Below, piece after piece: positions 47,599 through 56,106 of a DNA stretch of 64,000 nucleotides. The translations under genes were made by a program, and so were the position numbers. This DNA comes from a virus, in the IMG/VR virus record IMGVR_UViG_3300021964_000014. The stretch is one strand, 5' to 3'. Within the stretch, counting starts at the first letter, position 1; the number at the start of each line of letters is the position of its first letter. The notes below the pieces were generated by a model. That model was given only the letters and a program-made list of their open reading frames with translations. It ran no database searches and was not told the origin of the DNA.

Positions 47599-48039
47599 CT
47601 ATATTAAACCTGCTTTTTGTTTATCTTTTTCTTCAGAAGCTTTCAATACAGCTCCTGCTTTTTTTACAAAATCTAAATTAGAGATGTCTAAACCTGGTTG
47701 TTGTCCTGCTCCTCTACCCATTTGAGTAGCCATAGTAGATGCCATATTAGGCATTCCTGTTACCATGTCAGAAGTACCAGAGAATACATTTTTGTATTCT
47801 TCGTTAGTCATATTACTTTTTGTCATCTCTAACATCTGTTCAATTGATGTTTTACCCATTTGTGGGTTCATCTTTGTTGGAGTTGCTGGTTTAGCAACTA
47901 CTTGTTTGTATTCGGTAGCTACCTTTACATTAGGGGTGCTAGCGGCTCTAACTGCTTCGTTCATTACATCTTGTAACTCTTCCTTCACAGCTGATCTGAC
48001 TTCTTCACGAATAATTTTACGTAATTGATCTAGTTTCAT
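47599..48039 (-). CDS. Hypothetical protein with MKLDQLRKIIREE leader
   Basis: TATTTATT late-like motif directly upstream. Confidence 0.65.
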   Translation of the reverse strand: MKLDQLRKIIREEVRSAVKEELQDVMNEAVRAASTPNVKVATEYKQVVAKPATPTKMNPQMGKTSIEQMLEMTKSNMTNEEYKNVFSGTSDMVTGMPNMASTMATQMGRGAGQQPGLDISNLDFVKKAGAVLKASEEKDKQKAGLI

Positions 48040-48056
48040 ATTAATAAATAGTTAAG

Positions 48057-48872
48057 TTATGGAAGTTGATTGTTAATTCTAAATTTTATTTCATCTATTA
48101 GTATTCTAGTAGATGAGCTGAATGATGAAGGTCCTTTCATAAGTACAACTCCGCTTTCATTTTCAACTTGTGCAAACCTTCTTTTAGCAAAGGTTGGTGA
48201 ATTAGGATCTTCAACAATTGTTATTGTATAATTCTTATAAGAAAATACATTATCTTCTGAATCGCCACCTTTAGCTAATGCAAGATTAGAGGGTAGATTA
48301 TCTATAGAGGATAAGATTCTGTTTCTATCTTCCTCATTCATTTGTTCTACACAGGAGGCTAGTTTTATATCTATACTCTGTAGTTTGGCTAATAGAGGGT
48401 CTATCTTACTAAATGTAAGATTGGCTAGTGATCTAATAGCTTCTACGTCGCTAGATAAGTTTTCTACTATCATACATGATATTCTCAATAAATCAGCATA
48501 TCTATTCTGTACACCTATCGGTATAGAAAATATAACACCAATTGGACCAGGTCCACCTATGGTGGTTGGAATTGGGATAGTCTGTAGGATAGTCACTACA
48601 ACTCTAGCAGATTCTATTGGAGGTTCCATTTGATCTGCTATTCTTTTTACTGGTTCTACCTTCTTTTTAAGTCCTAGTATCATATTAACCAGATTGTCTC
48701 TTATCTGTAGTATTCTTTCTATTTCTTCTACAGGAGGGCATACTTGACCAAGTAGCTTTTCTACGATTTTATTTACTTCTTCATTAACCTTGTTTATCAC
48801 ATACGCTTCTGCTTTCGCAAGAAGTTTTGCAATAAAGGCGGATAGTTCGGAAGGTGGGATTCTACAAGGCAT
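48057..48872 (-). CDS. Hypothetical helical protein in baseplate operon
   Basis: TAATG-coupled to gp5-like gene. Confidence 0.65.
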   Translation of the reverse strand: MPCRIPPSELSAFIAKLLAKAEAYVINKVNEEVNKIVEKLLGQVCPPVEEIERILQIRDNLVNMILGLKKKVEPVKRIADQMEPPIESARVVVTILQTIPIPTTIGGPGPIGVIFSIPIGVQNRYADLLRISCMIVENLSSDVEAIRSLANLTFSKIDPLLAKLQSIDIKLASCVEQMNEEDRNRILSSIDNLPSNLALAKGGDSEDNVFSYKNYTITIVEDPNSPTFAKRRFAQVENESGVVLMKGPSSFSSSTRILIDEIKFRINNQLP

Positions 48873-50053
48873 TATTCAACAAATATTTTTTTAGATTTTA
48901 AAGCACTAGTTCCTTTTGGATTCAAATCACTTCTTTTTTGCTTCAATACGTCGGCTACTACATACCCTTCTTTATTGGCCAATGGTATTTTATCTCCTTT
49001 TATAGTCGTTGCTTTACCTATAGCTGTTGCTAGTGATATCATTTGGTCTAAAACATCTACTAAAAACTGTTCCATTCTATGTCCCAATACCATTGGTTGT
49101 TTTGCTGCACCTTCGTTTATTCTTGCTTTGCTTCCTAAATACATTTTATCAGCATCTAGGCATAAGTAATCTGTACTATCTATGTTTACAGAAGTTCCAT
49201 TTATACCTACTGATTCAGCACTTGAAATTAACACGTCGCTTAGTTTAGAGTTTATAGTTACCCTGTTACTGTTGAAGAGTAATTGCGCTCCTTTATAGCT
49301 AGACGGTAAATCTGGTATAGAGTTGTATGAATCTCTTTTATCGTTAGATAGGGTTAATGGTATTATATGATCTGTGGTCATGTATATAGAGCTCATATCA
49401 TTATCTACATCTTCAAATATAGGTAGAAATCCTCTCTCTACTTCTTTTTGACCAGCTCTTAATATTAATAGGGGTTTATTAATGTTACTATCGTCAGACC
49501 AGGGACTGTCTTTAACAACACCTCCACCTAATCTGATAGACTGACCTAGTCTACCTTGAATTAAGGTATCGCCGGGTGTGATTTGAAGAGGTGCAAGTGT
49601 ACTGGCTTCTGTTATACCCTCTCCTAGAGCTACATCGGGCGATTTTGCAGCAGGTGGGAATGCTCCATGATGTGGATTATTCCATATAGAGTAGACTGTT
49701 GTATAATATTTTCTATTAGTCCCGAAATTCTTAGTAATGTTTTGATCAGGGCCGTCTACTAATATTACGATTTCGTTTTTTAACGGAATTGTGCAATTAC
49801 CTATATTAGAAGGGTATGCTATACCGGTGGATGTTTCTTCTTGTGTGTCTGAGTCTGCTGCATTAGAGTTAAACTCTATATACTTTATCACGCCCATAGC
49901 ACTAGGTCCACCGTAAGTGTTCCAGTCAGGGTGGTGCTTGTCTAGTATTACATCTATAACACGAACAGGTTCTTGAAGTTTACTATTAGTGAAGTCCTCT
50001 CTTCTAATACCCGGTGTTGACTCTGTTCTAAAATTATAGTCTAAAAAACTCAT
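48872..50053 (-). CDS. Baseplate hub/spike protein, gp5/VgrG-like
   Basis: N-terminal OB-like IPLKNEIV, PGDTLIQGRLGQSIRL, beta-repeat, QPMVLG. Confidence 0.65.
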   Translation of the reverse strand: MSFLDYNFRTESTPGIRREDFTNSKLQEPVRVIDVILDKHHPDWNTYGGPSAMGVIKYIEFNSNAADSDTQEETSTGIAYPSNIGNCTIPLKNEIVILVDGPDQNITKNFGTNRKYYTTVYSIWNNPHHGAFPPAAKSPDVALGEGITEASTLAPLQITPGDTLIQGRLGQSIRLGGGVVKDSPWSDDSNINKPLLILRAGQKEVERGFLPIFEDVDNDMSSIYMTTDHIIPLTLSNDKRDSYNSIPDLPSSYKGAQLLFNSNRVTINSKLSDVLISSAESVGINGTSVNIDSTDYLCLDADKMYLGSKARINEGAAKQPMVLGHRMEQFLVDVLDQMISLATAIGKATTIKGDKIPLANKEGYVVADVLKQKRSDLNPKGTSALKSKKIFVE

Positions 50054-50418
50054 TCTCTGTCTTCTATTTCGTCGGATTTATTACTAACCTCTTCTTTTAC
50101 TTCTTCTGATTCTTCTAATAAATCAGCTAATTCTGAAAGGTCGAACATTTCTCCATCTCCACCTTTAGCAGAAATGGCTTCTAATCTCTGTATTACTTGA
50201 GCTAGTTTAATAAGGTGTTCATCATTTTTAACACCGATTTCCATATATTCTTTAATCATAGGTACTATCAAAGTAGCATCACCTATGTTTTCAATAAGAG
50301 GTTTTAGTTCACCGATTAAAGCTTTTACTTGAGACTTAGTCTCCTTAGAGTTGTCGTAAATTTCCCCGAATAGATCAGATAGAGATTTTCCTTTAAATAT
50401 TTCTTTACTACTATCCAT
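50050..50418 (-). CDS. Helical conserved protein (small terminase candidate, unproven)
   Basis: 122 aa helical protein, first gene after the late motif at 50434. Confidence 0.35.
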   Translation of the reverse strand: MDSSKEIFKGKSLSDLFGEIYDNSKETKSQVKALIGELKPLIENIGDATLIVPMIKEYMEIGVKNDEHLIKLAQVIQRLEAISAKGGDGEMFDLSELADLLEESEEVKEEVSNKSDEIEDRE

Positions 50419-50433
50419 AATAGGTCTTTTACT

Positions 50434-50441
50434 TATAAATA
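50434..50441 (-). promoter_or_regulatory. Putative late promoter TATTTATA (baseplate operon)
   Basis: Immediately after the sigma stop codon, upstream of ATG 50418. Confidence 0.65.
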
Positions 50442-50444
50442 GAT

Positions 50445-51149
50445 TTAAAGTGCCTTTGTGCGAATAAGACCTTGTTTATAGTATTCGTTGTATATTAAAT
50501 AGTACTCTTCTTTAAGTCTATTCACCACTTTAGTGAGGTGAGGGGTTTCGCAATCAGTCATTTCTCTGATGTATATGTAGAGTGCTTTCTTTTTAAAGAT
50601 ATCTAAGTCCTGTCTTGTCTTAAATATAGTTAGTATAGCGTCAGCTATCTTTCTCTCACTGTCTTTTGGGAATACCTCTTCTAATACCTCGTACATCTCT
50701 CCAACATACAGGTCTAAAAATTGACCTAGTGTTATAGACCCGTGTTCATCTATATCATACTTAGTCTCATACCCATCGTACATTTCATCAAACGTACCAA
50801 TCTTTTTGAGATTCTTATAATTTTTGTTATTATAGTTTATTAACCACCTTTTAACTATAGTCCCAAAATAAGAATAGGCTTTAGCTCCATTATTAGCATC
50901 AAACTTCATAATCTTCTCTTCTAATAACATGGATACTATTTCATGCTTTAGATCTTCTATTTTATCTACATCTGTGTAGTAAAACTTAAAGGTATGTATA
51001 ATATTTTCTGCTAATTTATAGAAAGGGTAGTAAATGTGCTCTGTAAAGATGCTGTTTCTATAAGTGTTGTCTGTTGATGTGTTATATTTGACTATATACT
51101 CTTCTGTTTCCTTAGTAAAGTAATTAGCTTTGCTTTTCTTTCTTGCCAT
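50445..51149 (-). CDS. Late-transcription sigma factor, T4 gp55-like
   Basis: NYFT...IVKY, KLAENII, KFDANNGAKAYSYFGTIVKRWL (sigma region 2). Confidence 0.78.
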   Translation of the reverse strand: MARKKSKANYFTKETEEYIVKYNTSTDNTYRNSIFTEHIYYPFYKLAENIIHTFKFYYTDVDKIEDLKHEIVSMLLEEKIMKFDANNGAKAYSYFGTIVKRWLINYNNKNYKNLKKIGTFDEMYDGYETKYDIDEHGSITLGQFLDLYVGEMYEVLEEVFPKDSERKIADAILTIFKTRQDLDIFKKKALYIYIREMTDCETPHLTKVVNRLKEEYYLIYNEYYKQGLIRTKAL

Positions 51150-51444
51150 AATTTTCGGGGAGCATATATCGGTCTAGCTCTTTTTGTACTAGTTGTAATT
51201 GTTGAAAAAAGTAACCGACCTCGTCGTCCGATTGAAAGACCCCTCTTTCATCAAGCTTATTAAGGTGCTTTTTAGAATCTCCTATTAAATTAGAGATATT
51301 CTGAAGGTATTGTGCTTGATCAGCAGTAACGTCTTCATATTTCTCTACTTTCAACAGTAGGTTTCTTATAATATAAGATAAAATAATTGTAATTCCAACT
51401 AATATTCCGGAAATTATGTAAAAGGTTGTAGGGTTAATGTCCAT
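51124..51444 (-). CDS. Membrane protein with one N-terminal TM helix
   Basis: FYIISGILVGITIILSYII; FQSDDEVGYFF. Confidence 0.7.
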   Translation of the reverse strand: MDINPTTFYIISGILVGITIILSYIIRNLLLKVEKYEDVTADQAQYLQNISNLIGDSKKHLNKLDERGVFQSDDEVGYFFQQLQLVQKELDRYMLPENYGKKEKQS

Positions 51445-52178
51445 TATAGGTTTTTTAACATGTTTGTAAGTCCTTCCGAGGAGTTAACACGCTTTCCTGT
51501 AGAAGATTTCGTCTTTTGTGCTTTAGGGGCGGTAGAGCCGCCGTTTACTAGCCATTTATCGTACTCCACCTTAGAGGCTAAGAAGTCTGCTGAGTGTAGT
51601 ATATTAACTATAGATGTTTTCATTCTAGCATTAGGCTGATTACTAAAGAAGTAAGGTTTATTAGCGTCGGAAAACACTCCATCGTGTAATTTTATAGCTA
51701 AGTACTCGTTTTTGGTAGTTTTTATACCATATTCCTGTAGAGTAAATAGGGATCTGTCTGGAACTAGCATGAAATCAAGCTCTCCATTAGGTGTATACAT
51801 TTCATGTAGCTTATCCTGTCTCCATTTATCAGTCTGAGGTATATATGAAGCATTATCTTTATCACCAATCTTACCTAAATCGTGGAAAATAGCAGAGAAG
51901 ACTAACTCCTCTTCGGTAAAATCAACAGTACCTCCCATTTCCTTGTATAGCTTCATCTGTTTAATAGAATATTCTACTACTCTATTAACATGATCTACAT
52001 ATCCACCGGCAAAAGCATTATGATACCAAGATTTACCACTAGCAGGTGCCATAACATAGGTACCCTCTAGATCTTTTAACATAGCTTTAATAGATTCACC
52101 TCGATCACCAATGTAGTGATCAATAATCTTTAAATGTTTTTCATAGTTCTTGGCAATTTGTTCTGCTGTCAATGACAT
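51444..52178 (-). CDS. HD-domain phosphohydrolase (YhaM-like)
   Basis: APAS...YHNAFAGGYVDH, IFHDLGKIG, IKLHDG, LHSAD. Confidence 0.85.
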   Translation of the reverse strand: MSLTAEQIAKNYEKHLKIIDHYIGDRGESIKAMLKDLEGTYVMAPASGKSWYHNAFAGGYVDHVNRVVEYSIKQMKLYKEMGGTVDFTEEELVFSAIFHDLGKIGDKDNASYIPQTDKWRQDKLHEMYTPNGELDFMLVPDRSLFTLQEYGIKTTKNEYLAIKLHDGVFSDANKPYFFSNQPNARMKTSIVNILHSADFLASKVEYDKWLVNGGSTAPKAQKTKSSTGKRVNSSEGLTNMLKNL

Positions 52179-52287
52179 ATAGTATAACTTTTTAATAATT
52201 AATTAATATTATCATATATAATTATATATCTATATATAAAAATATTATAAAATATAAATAAATAATAATTTATCTATTATATATTAT

Positions 52288-52320
52288 TGAAGATAATAAA
52301 AATATGGCAGAAAGGCAACT
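52288..52320 (-). promoter_or_regulatory. Bacteroidota-type promoter for the HD / membrane protein / sigma operon
   Basis: AGTTG-N20-TATCTTCA. Confidence 0.7.
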
Positions 52321-52654
52321 ATTTTCTAAAATATTTCTTTTTTTCTTCATTTACCCACTTAGCCTGACTAAGATATCTTACAAAATACACTTTTACATCG
52401 GCTTGGTAACGGTATTTAGTGAAAAATACTGTCTTTTCTGACATAAACCTGAATTCTGTAAAGTACCAACTACCTCTATTACCTTTTGCTCGGTGAGGAT
52501 AGGGTGCAATGTATACCAAAACGTCGGCTTGGTTGGGGTAATTTACTTCACAAACCTTAACATCGGCTTGAAAAGCATGATTTACAACATATAACCTTTG
52601 TCCGTATGCATTAAATGCAAAAAGAAAGCAAAGGAGGGTGATAATTCGTTTCAT
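52319..52654 (-). CDS. Secreted protein with ADVKV repeats (DUF6150-like)
   Basis: Signal peptide; QADVKV/QADVLV/QADVKV repeats; GSWYF. Confidence 0.65.
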   Translation of the reverse strand: MKRIITLLCFLFAFNAYGQRLYVVNHAFQADVKVCEVNYPNQADVLVYIAPYPHRAKGNRGSWYFTEFRFMSEKTVFFTKYRYQADVKVYFVRYLSQAKWVNEEKKKYFRK

Positions 52655-52666
52655 ATATTTGATTTA

Positions 52667-52706
52667 GCGAAGCCGCCGCGCGAAACGCGCGCAAGTTGCC
52701 CCGCGG
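52667..52706. other. GC-rich intergenic hairpin element
   Basis: CGCGCG-AAA-CGCGCG at 52677-52691 plus CCGCGG at 52701-52706. Confidence 0.6.
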
Positions 52707-52707
52707 T

Positions 52708-53202
52708 TTATTCTTCTTTAGGGTTATAACGTTTACCAAGTCTCCCTATAACAGCTTTAGCCTCTTCAACACCTATTCGGAAGAACTCTCTACTCTTATT
52801 CACTCTATATGAGTCAAGGTACCCGTGTACTTCTTGCTCTAAGTCGTGACCATTGTAGCAAGGGTAGGCGTATTCTACTATAAAGTCTTGAGCGACACCG
52901 GTAGCAGCATTGATTTGTTTAGCTCTCTTATCAGGTAAGTTCTTTGTGAAACCTATCTTACATAATCCAGGCATTGACTCATTAGTAAGTACATATACGT
53001 ATTGTTTATCAGAATTAGGTGTATATTGTAATGTTCTGGACCTATTCGTATAATACGTTACTGATTCCCAACCATCTTCTGCTGTGTACTGAGTACCAGT
53101 ACTGGGAGTTAAAGTAAAGTAAGAGGGATCGGCTCCGGTGAAATCATCAGAGACTTTGATAAACTGTTGAGCTTCTTCTATTGATATTCTTTTTAAACCC
53201 AT
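52708..53202 (-). CDS. T5orf172-family GIY-YIG domain protein
   Basis: YVYVLTNESMPGLCKIGFT...RAKQI...TGV...EQEVH...REFF. Confidence 0.85.
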   Translation of the reverse strand: MGLKRISIEEAQQFIKVSDDFTGADPSYFTLTPSTGTQYTAEDGWESVTYYTNRSRTLQYTPNSDKQYVYVLTNESMPGLCKIGFTKNLPDKRAKQINAATGVAQDFIVEYAYPCYNGHDLEQEVHGYLDSYRVNKSREFFRIGVEEAKAVIGRLGKRYNPKEE

Positions 53203-53219
53203 ATAACCTTTATTTACTA

Positions 53220-53252
53220 TAAAGATAAGAAAAATAAGTCAGGGGACCAACT
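53220..53252 (-). promoter_or_regulatory. Bacteroidota-type promoter
   Basis: AGTTG-N20-TATCTTTA. Confidence 0.8.
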
Positions 53253-53685
53253 ATTTTATAAGGTTTTTAGCCTCTTCTAAGACTAGCATTTGTATATACT
53301 CTACTATCTTACTACATTTCTCATACTGTTCTATAGACTCAAAGTAATATAACAACTGGTTTAACGCCTCTCCTACCCCTTTTTTCTCAAAAGAGTCTCC
53401 TATAGTGTATATAGACTCTATTGATTTAAGGTTTATACGTAGTAAATACCTGTAAAGCTTAGTGTAATACTTATATTTAATACTAGGCTCTACCTTCTTA
53501 AACTCTTTAGGGTAGTTCTTAAGATACATAAGACACATTAACTGATAATTCTCAAGACCTCTCATAACCATATTCATAAGAACGAACGGATTTTTGAGAA
53601 CTTCTGCTTCTCCGTGTTCTTTATATACCTCTTCATCTCCTTGTTCAAAGATTGAAAATAATGTATGTGGGTCTAGTTTATTCAT
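53251..53685 (-). CDS. Hypothetical protein, C-terminal UVR-like hairpin
   Basis: LLYYFESIEQYEKCSKI. Confidence 0.65.
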   Translation of the reverse strand: MNKLDPHTLFSIFEQGDEEVYKEHGEAEVLKNPFVLMNMVMRGLENYQLMCLMYLKNYPKEFKKVEPSIKYKYYTKLYRYLLRINLKSIESIYTIGDSFEKKGVGEALNQLLYYFESIEQYEKCSKIVEYIQMLVLEEAKNLIK

Positions 53686-53704
53686 CTATTATAAATAGTA
53701 TACC

Positions 53705-53737
53705 ATAAGATAGTAAGAAAAAACCCTATAGGCAAAA
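53705..53737 (-). promoter_or_regulatory. Bacteroidota-type promoter (divergent pair, leftward)
   Basis: TTTTG-N20-TATCTTAT. Confidence 0.55.
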
Positions 53738-53765
53738 AAATTTGCCGAAAAATTTCCCCAAGTAT

Positions 53766-53798
53766 AGTTGGATTTTACCCAAAAAGTTCTTATATTAA
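53766..53798 (+). promoter_or_regulatory. Bacteroidota-type promoter (divergent pair, rightward)
   Basis: AGTTG-N20-TATATTAA. Confidence 0.8.
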
Positions 53799-53819
53799 AG
53801 TATAATAAGAGTTCAATAT

Positions 53820-53972
53820 ATGTCTAGACTGGAAGAAATACTATATTCTGCCGAAGAGCACGGTAAGAGAACAGATTTACTCCAAAGAGTGGGAGAGATA
53901 AGAGATGCTAATCCCAGAATGAAGTTAGACGACATATATGATATGGCTTATAATGAGGTAATGCGTACATAG
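53820..53972 (+). CDS. 50-aa protein, first gene of the only plus-strand operon (not in ORF track)
   Basis: MSRLEEILYSAEEHGKR...; 21 nt downstream of promoter 53766-53798. Confidence 0.7.
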   Translation: MSRLEEILYSAEEHGKRTDLLQRVGEIRDANPRMKLDDIYDMAYNEVMRT

Positions 53973-53976
53973 AGAG

Positions 53977-54135
53977 ATGGAATGTGTTATATGTAATATT
54001 AATATAGAGGATTTCGGCCATAACCCAGATCCTATTAATGAAGGAAAAGGAAGATGTTGTGAGAAATGTAATATAGCCTACGTTATACCGGCTAGAATGC
54101 TTATGATACGTAGGACTACTACTATTAATATATAA
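53977..54135 (+). CDS. 52-aa zinc-finger micro-protein (not in ORF track)
   Basis: MECVIC...GHNPDP...GRCCEKCN...VIPAR. Confidence 0.75.
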   Translation: MECVICNINIEDFGHNPDPINEGKGRCCEKCNIAYVIPARMLMIRRTTTINI

Positions 54136-54282
54136 ATATATATTACTATATAGCTAAAATCATAGGAATTATGCGTATAGGTATGGCAGAATCAGGCAGA
54201 TTACCAACCCTTTAGGGAACTTTACTGTCAGTGTTATATCACCATGCTATCTAGCTTCCGGAAGACTGCCCACCCGGTTGAC

Positions 54283-54489
54283 TTACTTATCACTCACCCT
54301 ATCGACAATGAATAGGAATGTAGTGAATAAGACTATAAAGCATAGAGCCTCTATAGGATGGTTCATCATAGCTAATAGACCTCTAAAGAAGAACTTGATA
54401 GCAGGTCCTACCATAAGGGCCAGTAGTATGAAGGCTATAATGCCTCCAGACCACATACCTATGTTAATAAGTCTATCCCTATTAAGCAT
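54283..54489 (-). CDS. Small two-TM membrane protein
   Basis: Likely start MLNRDRL at 54489; two hydrophobic segments. Confidence 0.55.
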   Translation of the reverse strand: MLNRDRLINIGMWSGGIIAFILLALMVGPAIKFFFRGLLAMMNHPIEALCFIVLFTTFLFIVDRVSDK

Positions 54490-54643
54490 ATACTTCTTTT
54501 TGACGTTGAACAAAATAGATTAACTTATCCAGACAATACTCCATTGTACTGAGATCGTTATCACTCTTAGCCATATCATATCTCTCTTGCCAGAAATTGA
54601 TCTTAGGTTGATAACCATTTGGGTACTTGTTTAACTTACTCAT
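54482..54643 (-). CDS. 53-aa hypothetical protein (not in ORF track)
   Basis: MSKLNKYPNGYQPKINFWQ...; follows promoter 54690-54722 and the ATAAAGGTT leader. Confidence 0.7.
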   Translation of the reverse strand: MSKLNKYPNGYQPKINFWQERYDMAKSDNDLSTMEYCLDKLIYFVQRQKEVYA

Positions 54644-54689
54644 AAAACCTTTATTTAAATTTAACTTAGTTACTCTCTCATTTACTATG

Positions 54690-54722
54690 TAAATATACGA
54701 ACTATAATGTTAAGAAGCAACT
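54690..54722 (-). promoter_or_regulatory. Bacteroidota-type promoter
   Basis: AGTTG-N20-TATATTTA. Confidence 0.78.
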
Positions 54723-55027
54723 TCTTCTTTAACTATTTCCATCTTATATAATGGGAAGTTGTATGTAGTTCTCTGGGACATCATATCGTAAGTGTAAGCC
54801 TTAGCCATAGTAGGACCCAAAGAGTCTATATTCATACCACTAAAACTACTCCAGATACTATATGAGAACTCTTTACTATATTTAGACCAATAGGCCTTTA
54901 TATAATATACATTAGGTTCACCTTTATAGCCTGTGCCATAGATAACCTTAATTGTCTCATTGTTCTTTAGTCCATAGATGGCCTCCAATATGTTTTTACT
55001 TGCTTGTTTCTTCTCTGAATATGTCAT
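54710..55027 (-). CDS. Hypothetical early protein
   Basis: Promoter and ATAAAGGTTATG leader directly upstream. Confidence 0.75.
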   Translation of the reverse strand: MTYSEKKQASKNILEAIYGLKNNETIKVIYGTGYKGEPNVYYIKAYWSKYSKEFSYSIWSSFSGMNIDSLGPTMAKAYTYDMMSQRTTYNFPLYKMEIVKEEVAS

Positions 55028-55045
55028 AACCTTTATTAATATACC

Positions 55046-55078
55046 TTAATATAAGAAAAAAAACGGTAAGAAACAACT
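55046..55078 (-). promoter_or_regulatory. Bacteroidota-type promoter
   Basis: AGTTG-N20-TATATTAA. Confidence 0.8.
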
Positions 55079-55373
55079 ATTCTGTAAGTTATTTTCCGCT
55101 ATAGAGAGAATTTTTTTTAAGGGGGTGGGGCAGGCCTGATGTTCTACCTTGTTATTCCACACACCTATCTATGTTTATTCTAGACAATCTATATATCTTT
55201 ATATGAATCTATAAGTATATTTTTATATCTATATATACACTAGCTATTATTAATATGCTTTAGGTTAGATATAGTCTTCTATCCCTTTATCTGCCTTTGT
55301 ATAGATGGTTCTCCTCTACTATCTAGTATGGATGGTATCTATGTATAGCCTCAGCCGTACACTACCTTAGACA

Positions 55374-55571
55374 CTATCTCTCCATATACGATGATGTACT
55401 CCTAAGACCGGAATACTCACATCTATTTACATAAGTCGGATGAACGTTAGTGATATCCGCGCGTGGCGACCTTCGGTCGAGAGAGGAAAACGCCCCCTCA
55501 CTCTCCCTCAACGCTGCTACATCAAACTCCCACCCTTTCAAAGCCTTCAATAGTTTATTTGTTCTTCTCAT
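55374..55571 (-). CDS. Hypothetical 65-aa protein
   Basis: A-rich leader; ends CEYSGLRSTSSY. Confidence 0.5.
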   Translation of the reverse strand: MRRTNKLLKALKGWEFDVAALRESEGAFSSLDRRSPRADITNVHPTYVNRCEYSGLRSTSSYMER

Positions 55572-55587
55572 ATTTGTTATTATTAAT

Positions 55588-55692
55588 TTAATCTTCTATA
55601 GTAGTACTACCTGTCGGTACTGAGATATAATCATCTATACCATCTTCTACTATATCATCCATCCAATCCCATTCTCTACCGCTATTGATCAT
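55588..55692 (-). CDS. 34-aa micro-ORF
   Basis: MINSGREWDWMDD...; AACACCAAAGAG leader. Confidence 0.5.
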   Translation of the reverse strand: MINSGREWDWMDDIVEDGIDDYISVPTGSTTIED

Positions 55693-55712
55693 ATCTACTC
55701 TCTTTGGTGTTT

Positions 55713-55829
55713 TTATTTCTCGTGCTTATGCTCTCTAATATATTCTAATAATGCCATAGCAACTCTATAGTCTGAGTCAAACATTTGTGTTAGTTTTGTC
55801 TCAAGTTCTATAATATCTTTTAGTGTCAT
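55713..55829 (-). CDS. 38-aa micro-ORF
   Basis: MTLKDIIELE...; ATGA overlap with upstream ORF. Confidence 0.5.
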   Translation of the reverse strand: MTLKDIIELETKLTQMFDSDYRVAMALLEYIREHKHEK

Positions 55830-55981
55830 TGTTTTCTTGATTCAAATATTTCTTTAATCTTTAACATTATATTGTAAGATTCCTGCTTGCTTAAGAAGTA
55901 TCCACTTTGAGAATGAAATGCATTACGAATCAAGTCGTAGATTTCATACTCTTGTTCATTCATCCGTTTTATTGGTTTCAT
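55826..55981 (-). CDS. 51-aa micro-ORF
   Basis: MKPIKRMNEQEYEIYDLIRNAF...; AACACCAAAGAG leader. Confidence 0.5.
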   Translation of the reverse strand: MKPIKRMNEQEYEIYDLIRNAFHSQSGYFLSKQESYNIMLKIKEIFESRKQ

Positions 55982-56004
55982 TTCTCTTTGGTGTTAAAGG
56001 TTAT

Positions 56005-56106
56005 TTAGAATTTACCTTGATTGGTTTTACCTTTAAGATAGTTCTCATTTGCTATCTTTATACCCATCCACATCTCTCTTAATACTCTTTTAATTGCCTT
56101 TATCAT
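56005..56106 (-). CDS. 33-aa micro-ORF
   Basis: MIKAIKRVLREMWMG...; ATGA overlap with upstream ORF. Confidence 0.5.
   Translation of the reverse strand: MIKAIKRVLREMWMGIKIANENYLKGKTNQGKF

Noticed and set aside
55025-55040. AAAGG leader as a Shine-Dalgarno
   Set aside because: Usually only 2-4 nt from ATG, too close for SD function
55467-55479. CGACC-TTC-GGTCG hairpin as ncRNA or terminator
   Set aside because: Short stem inside a plausible ORF, with no U-tract
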